A DNA stretch of 64,000 nucleotides, from assembly GCF_964355755.1 (NCBI RefSeq), contig NC_092670.1, positions 21,686,795 through 21,750,794 of the forward strand, written 5' to 3'. The translations under genes were made by a program, and so were the position numbers. Source of the stretch: Antedon mediterranea (lineage: Eukaryota > Animalia > Echinodermata). The notes beneath the pieces are model-generated. The model had not been told where the DNA came from, searched no databases, and was given only the letters and a program-made list of their open reading frames with translations. This document shows, one piece after another, positions 1 to 12,700 of the stretch; position 1 is the first letter of the stretch; each line of letters opens with the position of its first letter.

Positions 1-825
1 CAACACTAAGCGCATCGTATTCCATTTTTGTTTTTGATGTGTGGTTCTTTTTCATCCAGCAGCAAAACAGTGCAGATTAGGAAAATATATTAGTCAAATA
101 GTGTGTTATAAACAATTAAAAAAGAACAAGAAGTCACTTTTTAAAATCACTTCTTCGACTTTTTTATTGCAGTAATTTTTCGGAATATATTTATAAACAA
201 TCATAGGCTTAAGCCTACAGGCATGATATGAAACAGATTATGATAGTCAATTCTGAGACAATTCATACTAGGCATACATGTAGCCATCATTCGCCATGAC
301 ATTCATTTATTATTATAATTTATTTAAAACCTGAGATAACAATAAGTTATGTTATAGTAGTCTCAGATTAAAATTAACTCAATAACTATTGCGAAATGAT
401 GCACGGGCCACCACCCAGAGGAAATATAAAAAATGTAGAAACATTGAAATAAAATCATCATATTTACAATTATTCAATCATCATACCAGGCCGTCGTAAT
501 GATCATCATTTCTGGCCGCTAATACACAGACCGGGGCGCGTACAGACCTCTTACAACTTTACCATACCTCATAAATGTGATACTTTAATTAATTTTTTAC
601 TCTTCTTCTTATCACTGATTATGTCTCTGTTGAAGAATATGCGTAGGTACGTACGTTTCAATTAGCAATGTTTCAATTGCTGGTGAACAAAGATTCAACT
701 TCATACCAAATCTATGTAACATGGTACCGATTTTTAACTTTATTTTTCTGCTGATGTTTGATGTATGTAAGTATTTGTTAAAGTTAGAAACAAAAATCTT
801 TTCCCAGATAGATAGGACATTAACT

Positions 826-2052
826 ACTTGGTGTGGTGGATTTGGGACATCAAATATTGTAGGAACTGCATTCCATAGAATCTTCTTGTGACTATCAGTA
901 TTTGCGATTCTTCGAAATGAATATTGCACAAGTGGCAATTACGGTGTAAATAGGAACTTGGTTTCGTTCTCAAATCCGCGCGTCGTGTTTTCTGTGCCCA
1001 TTGCACACCTGTAAATTAATAATTGTCTAGTGAGTTTTTGCTTTATCATAATTAACGTTTACGTAATTATAGGACGTCTACGTGCATGCTAATTGATTTT
1101 CAAATTGGTTCGGGCCTAAAATCAAATACTTAAGCCTAACCTAAAACCATGCTAACTAACTAACGGTTGAATTTCATAAATATTAAGTATAAGATTCAAT
1201 TAAAAATTGTTTGTTAGGGCTACTCAACGGATAAGTAATATAACCAGGGAACAATACAAATAGTGTAATTTCACTGTTATTATAACTAATGTCCTAGCCT
1301 AATAATGATAATAATAATCATTTCATGCGTTAATATACTGTAATGTACGTAACGGCTAGTTAAATTAAACGAAATAAAATAACCATGAGACAGAAAGCAA
1401 ATATTAACCATGAGACGGAAAGCATGAAATAATCAAGATCACAATTTGTTTATATTAAGTATTTTTATTATTATTATTATTTGTATATGTAAAAAGAGGG
1501 ACTAGGCTAGGCCTACAGCGACATGCCAATTGGGCTTCTTGTAGTCTTTCGACCAAATTTTTACTTATATGCCAACAATTGTAATGATATATATTTGGTC
1601 AATAAATGTTTCTTGAATTGAAAGTTTTAAAAATTGTTTGTTAAGGGTACTAAATTTTAAAGGATACGTAATATAACCAGGGAACAGTGAAATTAGTGTA
1701 ATTTCACTGTTATATAACTAATGTACTAGTAGTAGCCTAATAATGATAATAATAATCATTTCATACGTTTAAATAATAATTATTAATAATAGGCCTACCT
1801 AGCCTAGCCTAGGCTAGTTTATTAATATAGGCCTAGCCTAGGCCTAGCCTATGTATAAATTGAATACAGTAAAGTAGGATTAGTCCCTACATATCATGTT
1901 AAGATGTAGGATACTTATTTAATTAGATAAATTTACCTGTTCTTGTCTTTGGGAAAATTGTAAAGCTTAAGTTCTGGGTTGGCCTTTGGATTGCTTTTAC
2001 AATTAATTGCAGCACAGTACATCCCTCCTCCACTTTTTCTCTTTTCATTCAT
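826..2052 (-). pseudogene. THAP zinc-finger domain relic (two exons, two apparent frameshifts); probably transposase-derived
   Basis: Exon 2052-1937 reads MNEKRKSGGGMYCAAINCKSNPKANPELKLYNFPKDKN(R) and ends at AG|GTAAAT. After the acceptor at 1009-1010 come QWAQKTRR..CHLCNIHFEESQ in one frame and ..NAVPTIFDVPNPP in another. Together these give the THAP signature (C-x4-C, FP, W, CxxHF, AVPTIF), but the exon phases and frames do not join. The 3' end is approximate. Confidence 0.75.
1200..1772. repeat. Diverged direct duplication of ~135 bp (1200-1333 / 1628-1772) in the THAP intron
   Basis: Both copies read TAAAAATTGTTTGTTA..GTAATATAACCAGGGAACA..TAGTGTAATTTCACTGTTAT..GCCTAATAATGATAATAATAATCATTTCAT. 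Confidence 0.8.
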
Positions 2053-2651
2053 TGTTTCTTAACCATACAAACTTTGGCGCGACTCCTCAATCCCATTTTC
2101 TAAAGAATACTGCGATCATCGTCACGCAAAAGTTCGTTACTTGTTTAAGCGAGAGGGCGCACTATAATTTGACGCTTCTAAAGTGTTACGCGTAAACGCG
2201 GGTAGTGTCCCAGCTTTAGTATTTATTATAAGATCTTTGGTATGATGTGTACATGTAAAACACGAAAGAGAAAAAAAAGTATGATGTAGTACATTTACGT
2301 TGGTCTTAGTATTTATTCTATCGTACAAACTTTGTGTATAGCCTACATCGTACTTCGCGCTCCATAGGGTGAAATATACCAAATGACGTTCGGAGATTAT
2401 AAATAGGCTATTACCAATCCATCCCTGCTTGTAATAAGTGGCGGTCTTTTAAAGCCTTTGTGCGTGACGCCGCGCAATGTCGACGCGATACGAGCGTTGC
2501 TCAGAGACATGGTGTGTGTTCGAAACCGAAGTGATCTCCCTCTCTGGTGGTTACATCAAACAAGAAGCATTTAATCATTTAAAACAAAATAATACAAAAA
2601 TATTCCTCAGAATTAATTTTATATCTACGCATTATTTTACATTACCGTATA

Positions 2652-3813
2652 ATGAAAGGTTTAAGGTAAGTTGCACATAACAATTTAAATGCATGATAAT
2701 TCGATCAACCAAGGTAAAATAATATAAGTTGATATCGAATCGACATTGCGACTACAAACCAAAGTATCCCCCACCCCACACCGGCGGCATGTCATTGCAA
2801 CCATTATCTTTTACATTACCAATGCCTAGGCCTACGTGTTTTTTTACAGGAAAACTATAGTATATTTTAAATAAGATTTCCTAAACGTACGCTTTCAGAA
2901 AGTAATTCGTAAACCCATTCTTCTTTTATAAATCAAAAATAATACTTAAATTGTTTGCTTAGTATTAATGTAGTATTTTGTTGGAAAACTTCTTATAATT
3001 TTGAGCTGATTTACATTTATTAATGAATTTGATATTTAAATGGGTTTTTTTCCCTTTTATAAGCATCTGCTTCAAGAATTTTCCCCTTTTCTTTGTTTAA
3101 ATCAATTTTGTAATTATAAATGTTAATTTTGTCGTTTAGGCCTTTTATCTACTTTATTTACAAAGAAAATAAAAGAAGTTGTCATTGTCATATATCAGCG
3201 GCACACTTCGACATAATACAGTTAGGCCTAGGCTAGTGCATATTTACAAAAATAGGACCAATATTTTTCCCTTTATTTCTCCTCCTCAAGGTTGAACGTG
3301 GAATCGCGCGGAGGATCTAAACCACCACCAACCAGCAGGAATGAGGACATTCCGCATCGCTCAAACTCCATCGCTCTCGCATTGTTATGGTTTGGTGGAG
3401 TTCTTACTGCAGTAGGTATAGGGTGTGTCACGTATAGTTTCACGCATGAACGAAGAATTCACCACGCCCCAATCTGCCCAACTACCGCGGTATTAAACAT
3501 TGGAGAAGATGGTCCCTGCATCGATATGGAAACCGAAGAAACGTATGCTCATCTCGTCCAAGCATTCGGCTACACAACTCTGTCATTTGGGTTTATATTG
3601 GTAGTTCTTGCATTAAACACTAACGGATCATGTTTTGCCAAACCCGAGCGGACAGTATCATCCCCACATGTTTTGGAGCTAGGTGCGGCTGAACAACTCC
3701 CTTCGTCGCAATCCGCAATTACACCATGGAGAACAGAATATAGACACCCTGCTCACAAGACCGAACTAAAACTGATAGCGCAAGCTATCCGAGGATACAA
3801 TTTATACACATAA
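2652..3813 (+). CDS. Uncharacterised two-pass membrane protein, 178 aa; join(2652..2665,3291..3813)
   Basis: ATGAAAGGTTTAAG|GTAAGT splices in frame, via a pyrimidine-rich acceptor (..CCTCCTCAAG|G, 3291), into ORF 3292-3813. Two hydrophobic helices (IALALLWFGGVLTAVGIGCVTYSF; AFGYTTLSFGFILVVLAL) flank a loop containing two Cys. Confidence 0.6.
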
Positions 3814-4930
3814 CTTGTTAAAATGACGAAACCGAACGTTATGCTGATACTGTAATAGGGATACGTTGTTTTTTCAATCATTAGGTTAATTGAATATTTT
3901 AATAATTTATAAATATATTTTTATAATTGTGATTTTTAGTCGTTATTTTATTATATTATTACTGACGTCTTTCAATTAGTTTTATAACAGTAGTCAGTTA
4001 GTTTATTAAAGATTGTCCCCTGAAACAAAAAAGTTTTTTGTTGTGCCATAGTTGCGCATAATAGTTATTCAATTTGACCAAAAAATTGGTTCGAAACAAA
4101 ATTATTTACCTGAAAAGACTGTAATTTAAAGAAAAAATAGTCATATTGAAAAAGTCTTTTTTAAAATGAAAACAAACGAGAGTGACTAACTGCGAAATGG
4201 CCTATTCAAAGTCTTTTTTTAAATTATTAATTTACATTTTCACGCTGCTGCTTTAGCCTGCTACGTCCCAGGAGGATGACTCATTAAGAAACCGAAAGTA
4301 AAGCAGCAGTTATATCTAAGGTTGACAGTTTTGCTAAAATGCATACTCGACTGTAATTTATAGGTACCACCAAAAAAACGTCTGGGAAAGAGTCTAACGG
4401 TTGAATGACAAATCCCAAAGCATTTGTGCTATTTATATAATTCGCTGTGTCAGATGATACTTCACACTTGAATGAAGTGACCCCCAGACTTGACCTTAGC
4501 AATAAAATAAACTAAAGCGACTGATATGAAACACAGACTCTGTAACAAAAAAATTATATTTGTTCACATATAAAAAAAGAAACGTTTAATTATAACTAAA
4601 AAACCATTGTCTGACAGACAATTTAAGTATTTTTTGCTTTAAATTACATTTTTTCAGGTAAAATAACTATTATGTGAATATAAAATGACACATTCAAACA
4701 CAAATTTGAAATAAAAAATATTTTTCATGGGGATCGACAATATATCTTTAAAACTGTTTATAATACAGAACTTTACAGAATTGTATAGCGCCCTCTCTAA
4801 ACCTAAAGTGGCGGTTTTGTGAGGATCCCGAATTCCCGTCGCTCCTCCCCCCCCCCCCCCCCGCATCCGAGTCATCCGATCATTGCCTTATGCTCTACTG
4901 ATTGGCCTAGCCCTTGGCCTAGAAATAAAT

Positions 4931-7900
4931 ATGGAACTTCCAGATATATTTTACAACAAAGCAGAGTACATTGAAACTGTAAGTGTATATACAGTCGTCT
5001 GAAATATTTATACGTAAAAACAAGCCCGTCTTTGACTTTGTTGTTTGTTAGCCGCCGTTTGTTTACTTCAGATTCAATGGATACCTCGATAGAATAGGCC
5101 TAGCTAGGCCTGTGTGTTGTGGTGATTTGCAATGCTTTTTTATTTGGGTCTTGGCCTAGCCTATACATACTATAGTTAGACATATGAGAGACGAATTAAT
5201 TGATATATTCTGCTTTTTCTGGGGAGGAGAAGGAAGTCTGGGTACCTTAGACAAATTTTATTTTATTTTATTCAATCGAAACCAAGCAACAGCGAAATTA
5301 CCGCCACTAACAGGTTTGATACTGTAGTGATAGACCTGGCTAGTAGGCCTAGATGAGATAGCTTATCCAGCTTATTAAAAACTAAATAGTATATTTTAAT
5401 CATGTTTATTATTAAATACTTATTATTAGTTTATTAATTAAAAATATAAATTAAACAATTTACATTAATAAGGTATGCACCCTATTTCTCCATAGTCTGT
5501 TTAGGCGTAGGGCCTATGCCTATATCAATAATTATACTAGATGTAGAGGTGTATACAATCATACACTACATACATAATTAGTCTTTATTACTGATGGAAT
5601 ATTGATACTAATTTTTAAGCTAAACTTGAATAAATGTAGAAAATGATATTTTTTGTTCCAGGCTTCTGGTAATAAAGTGAGCAGACAGTCAGTGTTATGT
5701 GGCAGCCAAAATATTGTTCTGAATGGCAGGGTAAGAAAGTTAATATGGTAAATGTCTCAAATGAAAAAGAAACCTTAAAAGAACCCTGCGGTAATTTTAA
5801 TCTCATCATTCAAACAAATTAATTTTGTAATAGTAGGTCCTACATGGGCGTTTATTTTCAAGATAAAGTGTTTATTTTAAATTCAAGATAGTGTGTATAC
5901 ATTTTGAATTCTAAATCAGTATAAACAAATTATCAATCCAATTTTCAGACAATTTGGAGTGGCTGAGTACAAATCAGACAACAAAACCAAAGTATGGAAG
6001 ACCTTAATATCCAAAATCTGTATTTATCTACTGTAGCACTATCTTTCTACTAACGCCCTATGATATTAAACTGTTAATGACCTGTAATGCAATGACTTAT
6101 TAAAACTGAACTGATATGTAATCGTTTGAACTCTATTGATAAACCAAAGAAAAAGTTTTTCCTGAAGGCATTAGGTTAATTTGCTGAACAAAAGCAAATG
6201 CAATGTTAGTCCATGGGAAACTCATTACTATATAATTTCCATATTGTATTATTACTATGAGTACTTAACCTAGGGCTGGTTATCGCTGGTTGTTTAGACT
6301 TGCATATCCTTGAGACTTCCAACTACAACAGAATTAGGTACAAGTTCATTCAACTGTCTTGGTAAAAAAGGACACTTCTTGACTTTGACTAATTTCCTTT
6401 TTGATTTTGGGTGATTTTCTGGTACAGTAGAACACCCTTCTTTCATTTTTATTCATGCGAAACTAACAAAAAGGATGTTTCAACACTAGGGTCAACTCGT
6501 ATTCAAAGGTTGTGCCAAAGGTACCCCATAATAAGTGTTCTACTACTTAGTTTTAATTATTAACTGGCCATACACAACTTATTTTGTAAACAATATTAAG
6601 ATATTCAGAGATAATTTTATTTGATGTTACAATTTACTATTGTATTAGAATTAAATTTGTGTACATGGTCAATTTTTTGATAAAAATTCTCTTTTTTACC
6701 AGACCATCATTATGTCGGATTGTATCATACGTGGAGATTTAGCAAATGTGCGAATTGGTAGACATTGTGTTATTGGAAAACGTTCTGTCGTCAGGCCACC
6801 ATTCAAGAAGTTTAGCAAAGGGTAATTATTTATTTTCTTCAGTTATTATTTTTGAAATTCTTTTCATAATTGGGGATGTCAATGGATATTGTTAAAGAGG
6901 GTATGATTCATACTGCATGTACAATTCGCTTTTTTCTTATATTTTCTATCAGGATTAAAATTCCTAGTGTATCTTCTGAAAAGTTATAGAATACTGCTCA
7001 ACTTTTAGACATACTGTAAACTTCCGAATCACCTTAGAAATTCAATAAACCAATCATAATAATATTAGACATACTACTCACTACCGTAGGTTTTTAAAAG
7101 AGAACAAAAAATAATATGCCTGCAGTCTGTTATCTAAGAAACAGTCAACATATTTAATAATACTATAAAATACATAATAATAATACAATGCAATTAAAGA
7201 TTGTAAACAGTACCTGAGTAAAAAGACTGGTAAGATTTTGAGTAAAAACTTTGTAAGACTTGTTCACTTACCAATGACTAAGATTCCAACATCAAAACTG
7301 AGTTGAATGAACTCTACATCTGTAAATTTATGGTTTGGTGATTTTACAATTGACCAATCAGATCGATTGCTTCCTAGCAGTAATATTTTATTGCAGTATA
7401 CTATATCGACATGGAGGTAGAAATCCCTACAGTCCTGATATATCATGTACTCTTAGTATGTAGATAAAGTAATACCAGTAACTTAGCATCATCTCAATTA
7501 CACTAATTATAGATACAAAAAAGGGATTTTTGCGAACACTGAAACTTTGATGAATTTAGGGTCAAACTTTTTTTTTCATGAAATTTGGAAAATCAATCAA
7601 GGATGAATAAGTCAGAAATATTGTAGAATAAAATGCTAATTGCATTAATAATTCTACCTACAGAAATGGATTTTGTTATAGATTTAGTAGGCCTACCAGC
7701 ATGTAATTGGAACTAAAGTCTTGCATTACATTTTTGTACTTAATCAACAAGCAGTCTGATTTATCTCACATCATTGTTTCACATTAATTTTAGAAATAAT
7801 AACTAGTATAGTTTCTGATAAATATTGTCCTCTGACAAATTACCATTTAATTGACCAAAAATTGGATCAGAGAAAAAAAATAGTTACTGGATAAAACCTA

Positions 7901-9368
7901 ATTTAAAGAAGAAAAATAATCAATGTAAAGCCCATTCAATTACCATTGGTTAAATTTAGCTATTTTATACTAGATGGAATGTTGCACAAAGCAAACAAAT
8001 TGAGATTTTATTTTATTCATGTGTATATCTGTAAATAAGACATTTATTTAAATATTTTCAACCATAAACAAATTACAAAGCTAAAATGTAACAATATCAA
8101 GCAAGGATGAAAGTAGATTAAAGTTATCTAAATCCAAAGTTCTACAAAAGATTTAGTACCAGCATTAAACAAGATCCCACATCTTGTGTTACATTTTTGT
8201 ACATGTACCAGTTCTATTTACAATCAACAAGCACTCCGGGGATTATAAATTTATTATACTAACAATGTATCATATTAATTTCATAATAATAGCTGACATA
8301 GATTTACTGTACTTTACAGTGTTATAAACTACATCCATATACTGTACCATAATTATTTAATTTAGAAACAAAATGTTTAATAAATCAAAGTGCACATTAT
8401 AATTGTTGGTAATTTTATTATTCTTTACTTTATCTGTCATTTATTTTTACCATTTTCAGAGTTGCCTTTTTCCCCCTTCACATTGGCGACCATGTGTACA
8501 TTGAGGAGGATTGTGTGATTAACGCAGCCCAAGTTGGTTCCTACGTACACATCGGCAAGAACTGTGTCATTGTAAGTAGCGACTTAGTTAATCCAGTTAA
8601 TTACTGCAGTGACTAGCTAATTACACAGTCTTACTCTCCCAATATTGGAATCCCTGAAAACCAGACTTTTCCGGAGTTTCAACAAATTTCCAATACTCTT
8701 TTTTTACCATTAAAAACACATTCAGATTACCAGATCAGATTACTTATATATTAAGCCTGTCTGGTTTTGGGAGAGCTAACTTTAAAACGAAATCAGAAGG
8801 TTCAGGTATCTATGTGTAGGAAGTTAATACTGTATTCAACTTGTTTGTGAATAGAATAATCATCACAACCATGCAGTACCTGGTTATCAGTACCTTTTAT
8901 CTTTTCATATTTAATCACCATATTTGACACATGATTTGCATTCCTTGTACATTACAATTACACGAATGTAATAAAATGTTTATTGATCTGAACTTAGTAC
9001 TTTATCTTTTCAGGGAAGGAGGTGCGTTTTAAAAGATTGTTGTGCTATAGCGGACAATACGTACCTACCACCTGAGACTGTGGTGCCACCTTTCACAGTG
9101 TTTTCAGGCTCCCCAGGTAAATTACAAATGTCAACAGTGATTGTCATATTCGTAGTGTTGATGATAATGTGATAATAGTGACAATAACTTTGGTGGTGAT
9201 GGAAGCTGCTACTCCAATACATTTTTTTTTTTTTTTTTTCTAGGTCGTGTTAGTGATGAATTACCAGAATGTACTCAAGATTTAATGATAGATGTAACCA
9301 AGGGATACTATCAACATTTCTATCCAATAGCAGAAATTAAAGAAAATAAAGAGCCTGTAACTAGTTAA
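4931..9368 (+). CDS. DCTN5: Dynactin subunit 5 (p25), 191 aa, 6 exons
   Basis: Exons 4931-4978, 5662-5730, 6703-6821, 8460-8571, 9014-9116, 9244-9368; all GT-AG and phase-consistent (576 nt). Translation [103 protein letters not shown] closely matches remembered DCTN5. Confidence 0.97.
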
Positions 9369-9726
9369 TGATATCAATGAAATTCCAATATGTTTATTTA
9401 TAAACTTCTTCTTCTACGTTTGTTCCTAGAGCTTACAGTATATTTAAATGCAAGGTCAATACATCATGACCTCCACTTTCTCTCTCACACAGCAACCATA
9501 TTGGTGCTACTTTGTGGTAGATTGGTTAAACACACCAACATTTAAAAATATATATATGGTTCATTTGGCTAATTTAACCTGAAAATGCAAGTATTTGTAA
9601 TTTCAAATGTGGCCATATTAGGGTAGCCATATTTTATGTGTTTTTTTATATTAAAAAAAAGTGCAATAAAATAAATAAAATAGTTTAGTTGCTCAACTCT
9701 GATTATTCCAAAAGTTGAGGCTGCTG

Positions 9727-12700
9727 TTAAAATAGTCTGATAGTCTCAATACTGTAGAGTTGGTTGCTCTTCCTTGAGTTTGCATATGTTTCTTTGTTTG
9801 ATTTTAACATTGTATGGAGAAGCCCTTGTAGAGAATTAAGCTGGCGAAAGTATTGAACCTAAATATAGACAAAAATGAATTCAAACTGAAGTTGTCTTCC
9901 AAAGCACTGATTCATCTCATTAATATTTGACAATGCAAGCAAACGTTGAATTTGGTAGTGGTAGTTCAACTATTTGATCGCAAAATCAAATGTATCATGC
10001 ACACGCATCTACCAGAGCCATATATATAGAGAGAGACATTGGGTTAATACTGATACACATTAGACTTTAGAGCAAATTGTGTCAAAATAGTCTCTATTAA
10101 TGCATGTATAGTATAGGAGCAACAAAGTACTTGCAGCAAAGAATAATTGCGCACGTAGTACATTAAAAAGTTTGATTGATTGATTTTGGAACAAAACATC
10201 CCATAACTAGGTCCTATTAATAACAATTATGTAATTTTTAATTCATAATGTATGCTTTCCACACTAAATAAAATAATAAAGTGTCGTGGATATATTTGTT
10301 AATATACTGAAAAGGGTATGAACAATATTAAAATAATAATGACAAATTATTACAAATGAAATGATGAACGAGTCTCTTAAATTTGATAATGTTGGCAGCA
10401 CAGTTTGTGTCAAAAACGGCTTCTGATCAATTTAATGTCTTAACTCTGGATATATATGGCATCTACAGAGTAATACTGCCACCACTATCATACAGTACAT
10501 ACCTGAGTTTCTACTACGGTGTGAAGCTGCAGGAGAAGGGTCTTGGCTTTGTTTGAGATTACCAATGATGTATAATGACTATCAAGTAATAGGCATATCC
10601 AATCAATTACACATTCAACTTTGACTTCTTCTTTGTTTTCAACAGTGCTAAGAAGGTAGTAGAGATACTCGACCAAGACCTATGTAGATTAAAATTGGTT
10701 AATTTACATACAATGATTGGTTGTCATTTTGTTTCTCTTTATACTGTGTGACCTCTTCAGTACAAGACTGTTGTCCCAGTGGGTCCTGTGCATGATCATG
10801 ATCATCCTGTGCATGACCATGATCAGCAGTCCAGGAGATGCTTTTTTTCTAATAGTGTACATGTTCTTATGCAAATGTTTAATGTATATACATGGGACTT
10901 ATGTCCCATCTGAAGGATGATGCAATTAGACTAAACTAATCCTATGCAGTGGAGTAACGCAGGAGGCAAAGGCCCCTGGTTTAACACTCTTAAGAGCCCT
11001 CCAACACTGGGGGTAGTTGCATTGGGACTGCTCATGCTATGGGCCCCTTAAGCTATGGGGCGTCTGGGTTTAGCCAGTGAGCGCTCATTACGCCACTGAC
11101 GCAAATTGTATGAACCCACATTCTCTCAGGCTTGGTTTGGTGATGCTGTTTTGGGCCATTACAACACCCTGCAACTGAGTAGGGAATCGAACCCACAACT
11201 TCAGAAAGATAAAGCATTGTTAGTACTTACCAAAACTTCTCCAATGTCAAGGTGTTTTAAACTCTCCGCCAAAAACACATCATTGCATTGGCACTTTAAG
11301 ATGGTGTTTATTAACTGAGCAAGATCTTCGTTTAAGGGGTTGGCAATTTCATTCTGTAATCCAGTTTCGTAACCTTTATGACTTCTAAAATTAAATGAGA
11401 GAAAACAGTTTACTATTATTAGACCAGTAAATTATAAACATAATTATAATACTTACTATTCCTATAATAATATTCAATTCAATATGCAAATTTGATATCG
11501 CTTATAAGTCATGTACCACATATATTTAGTTCTTTAGTAAACATTCTCCTTCTTGAATACATTTATATTTGGCTATAAATAGGGCAGATTAAAGTAGAGA
11601 TTTAGACTAAGTAACCTTCCCTAAAGTTGTCTATGGCTAGTCTAACAGTTTAAGCCTCACATATAATATAAGATATAAGTATTCCAGCAGACATAGGCTT
11701 GATAACCACAAATACCTTAGAAAAAGTTGAAGACTCCTGACTATGACATCTTCTGGCACATCTGACATGTTTTTTAAGCAGACTGACAACACATCTTTGT
11801 CTTGTTTATCCAGTACAACGTTCAAAAACTCTTGACAGGAACTAAAAAGATGAATTGGAAATTAAGTGAGAGCACAATGGCAACGATTAAGACTTTGTGT
11901 CAAATGAAATTTGTGTTGTCTATTTTATTTTATTTATTTAAGCACCCAGCACCCACAGAATAGTTAGAACTGACCTAGCTGAAATGTTGCAAAATTCTAC
12001 AATGTTCACTAATGCTTGCTTTGGCCAGAATTGTTTCTCTTCTGTACACCGGCGTGCAACGTGCTGGAGTAGAGGCGTTAAGTAACAGGAATCTGGAAAC
12101 CTGTCAGTATTCAATGTTGCTAGCAGATTCTTGCAGCTAGATGCAAACATTGCTTCACTTTTACTCTAAAATATAAAAATAATATTACAAACATGGTTCC
12201 AAGGTGCCAGGCTGTGTCTTTTATGTAATCTGAAGAAGTTCTTAAGCCTTGTCTACACTATCAAACTTTATGTGACAACAAATTGTGATGTGCCCATATA
12301 TGGACATGATGATGTCATATCACTACCATATTTGAGCATATCACTACCATATTTGGGCACATCACACTTTTTTTGTCAAAATAGTTTGATAATGTAGATA
12401 GAGCTTTAAGCACTGTATATTTTGTTTTCCATTGCGCCACACTCTTACTCAGATTAGGATTTTCCTTTATCACGCCAGAAATTGCAAAGGAGGCCTTAGG
12501 TTGATCTAGGAGCATTTAGTACCCTAATATCTGTTCTATGCAACAGCGTAAACTAGACCTATAACAAGGGCTTGGGAAACTATTAGCCTAAACAATATAA
12601 TTTAACTCACCTTCTGCTTATCCATTGCTTCTTTCAGTAGCTTTTCTTTAACAGCAATTTTTTCTTCAGCTCTCTGAATGTATAAAAGTAATTCTCAATA

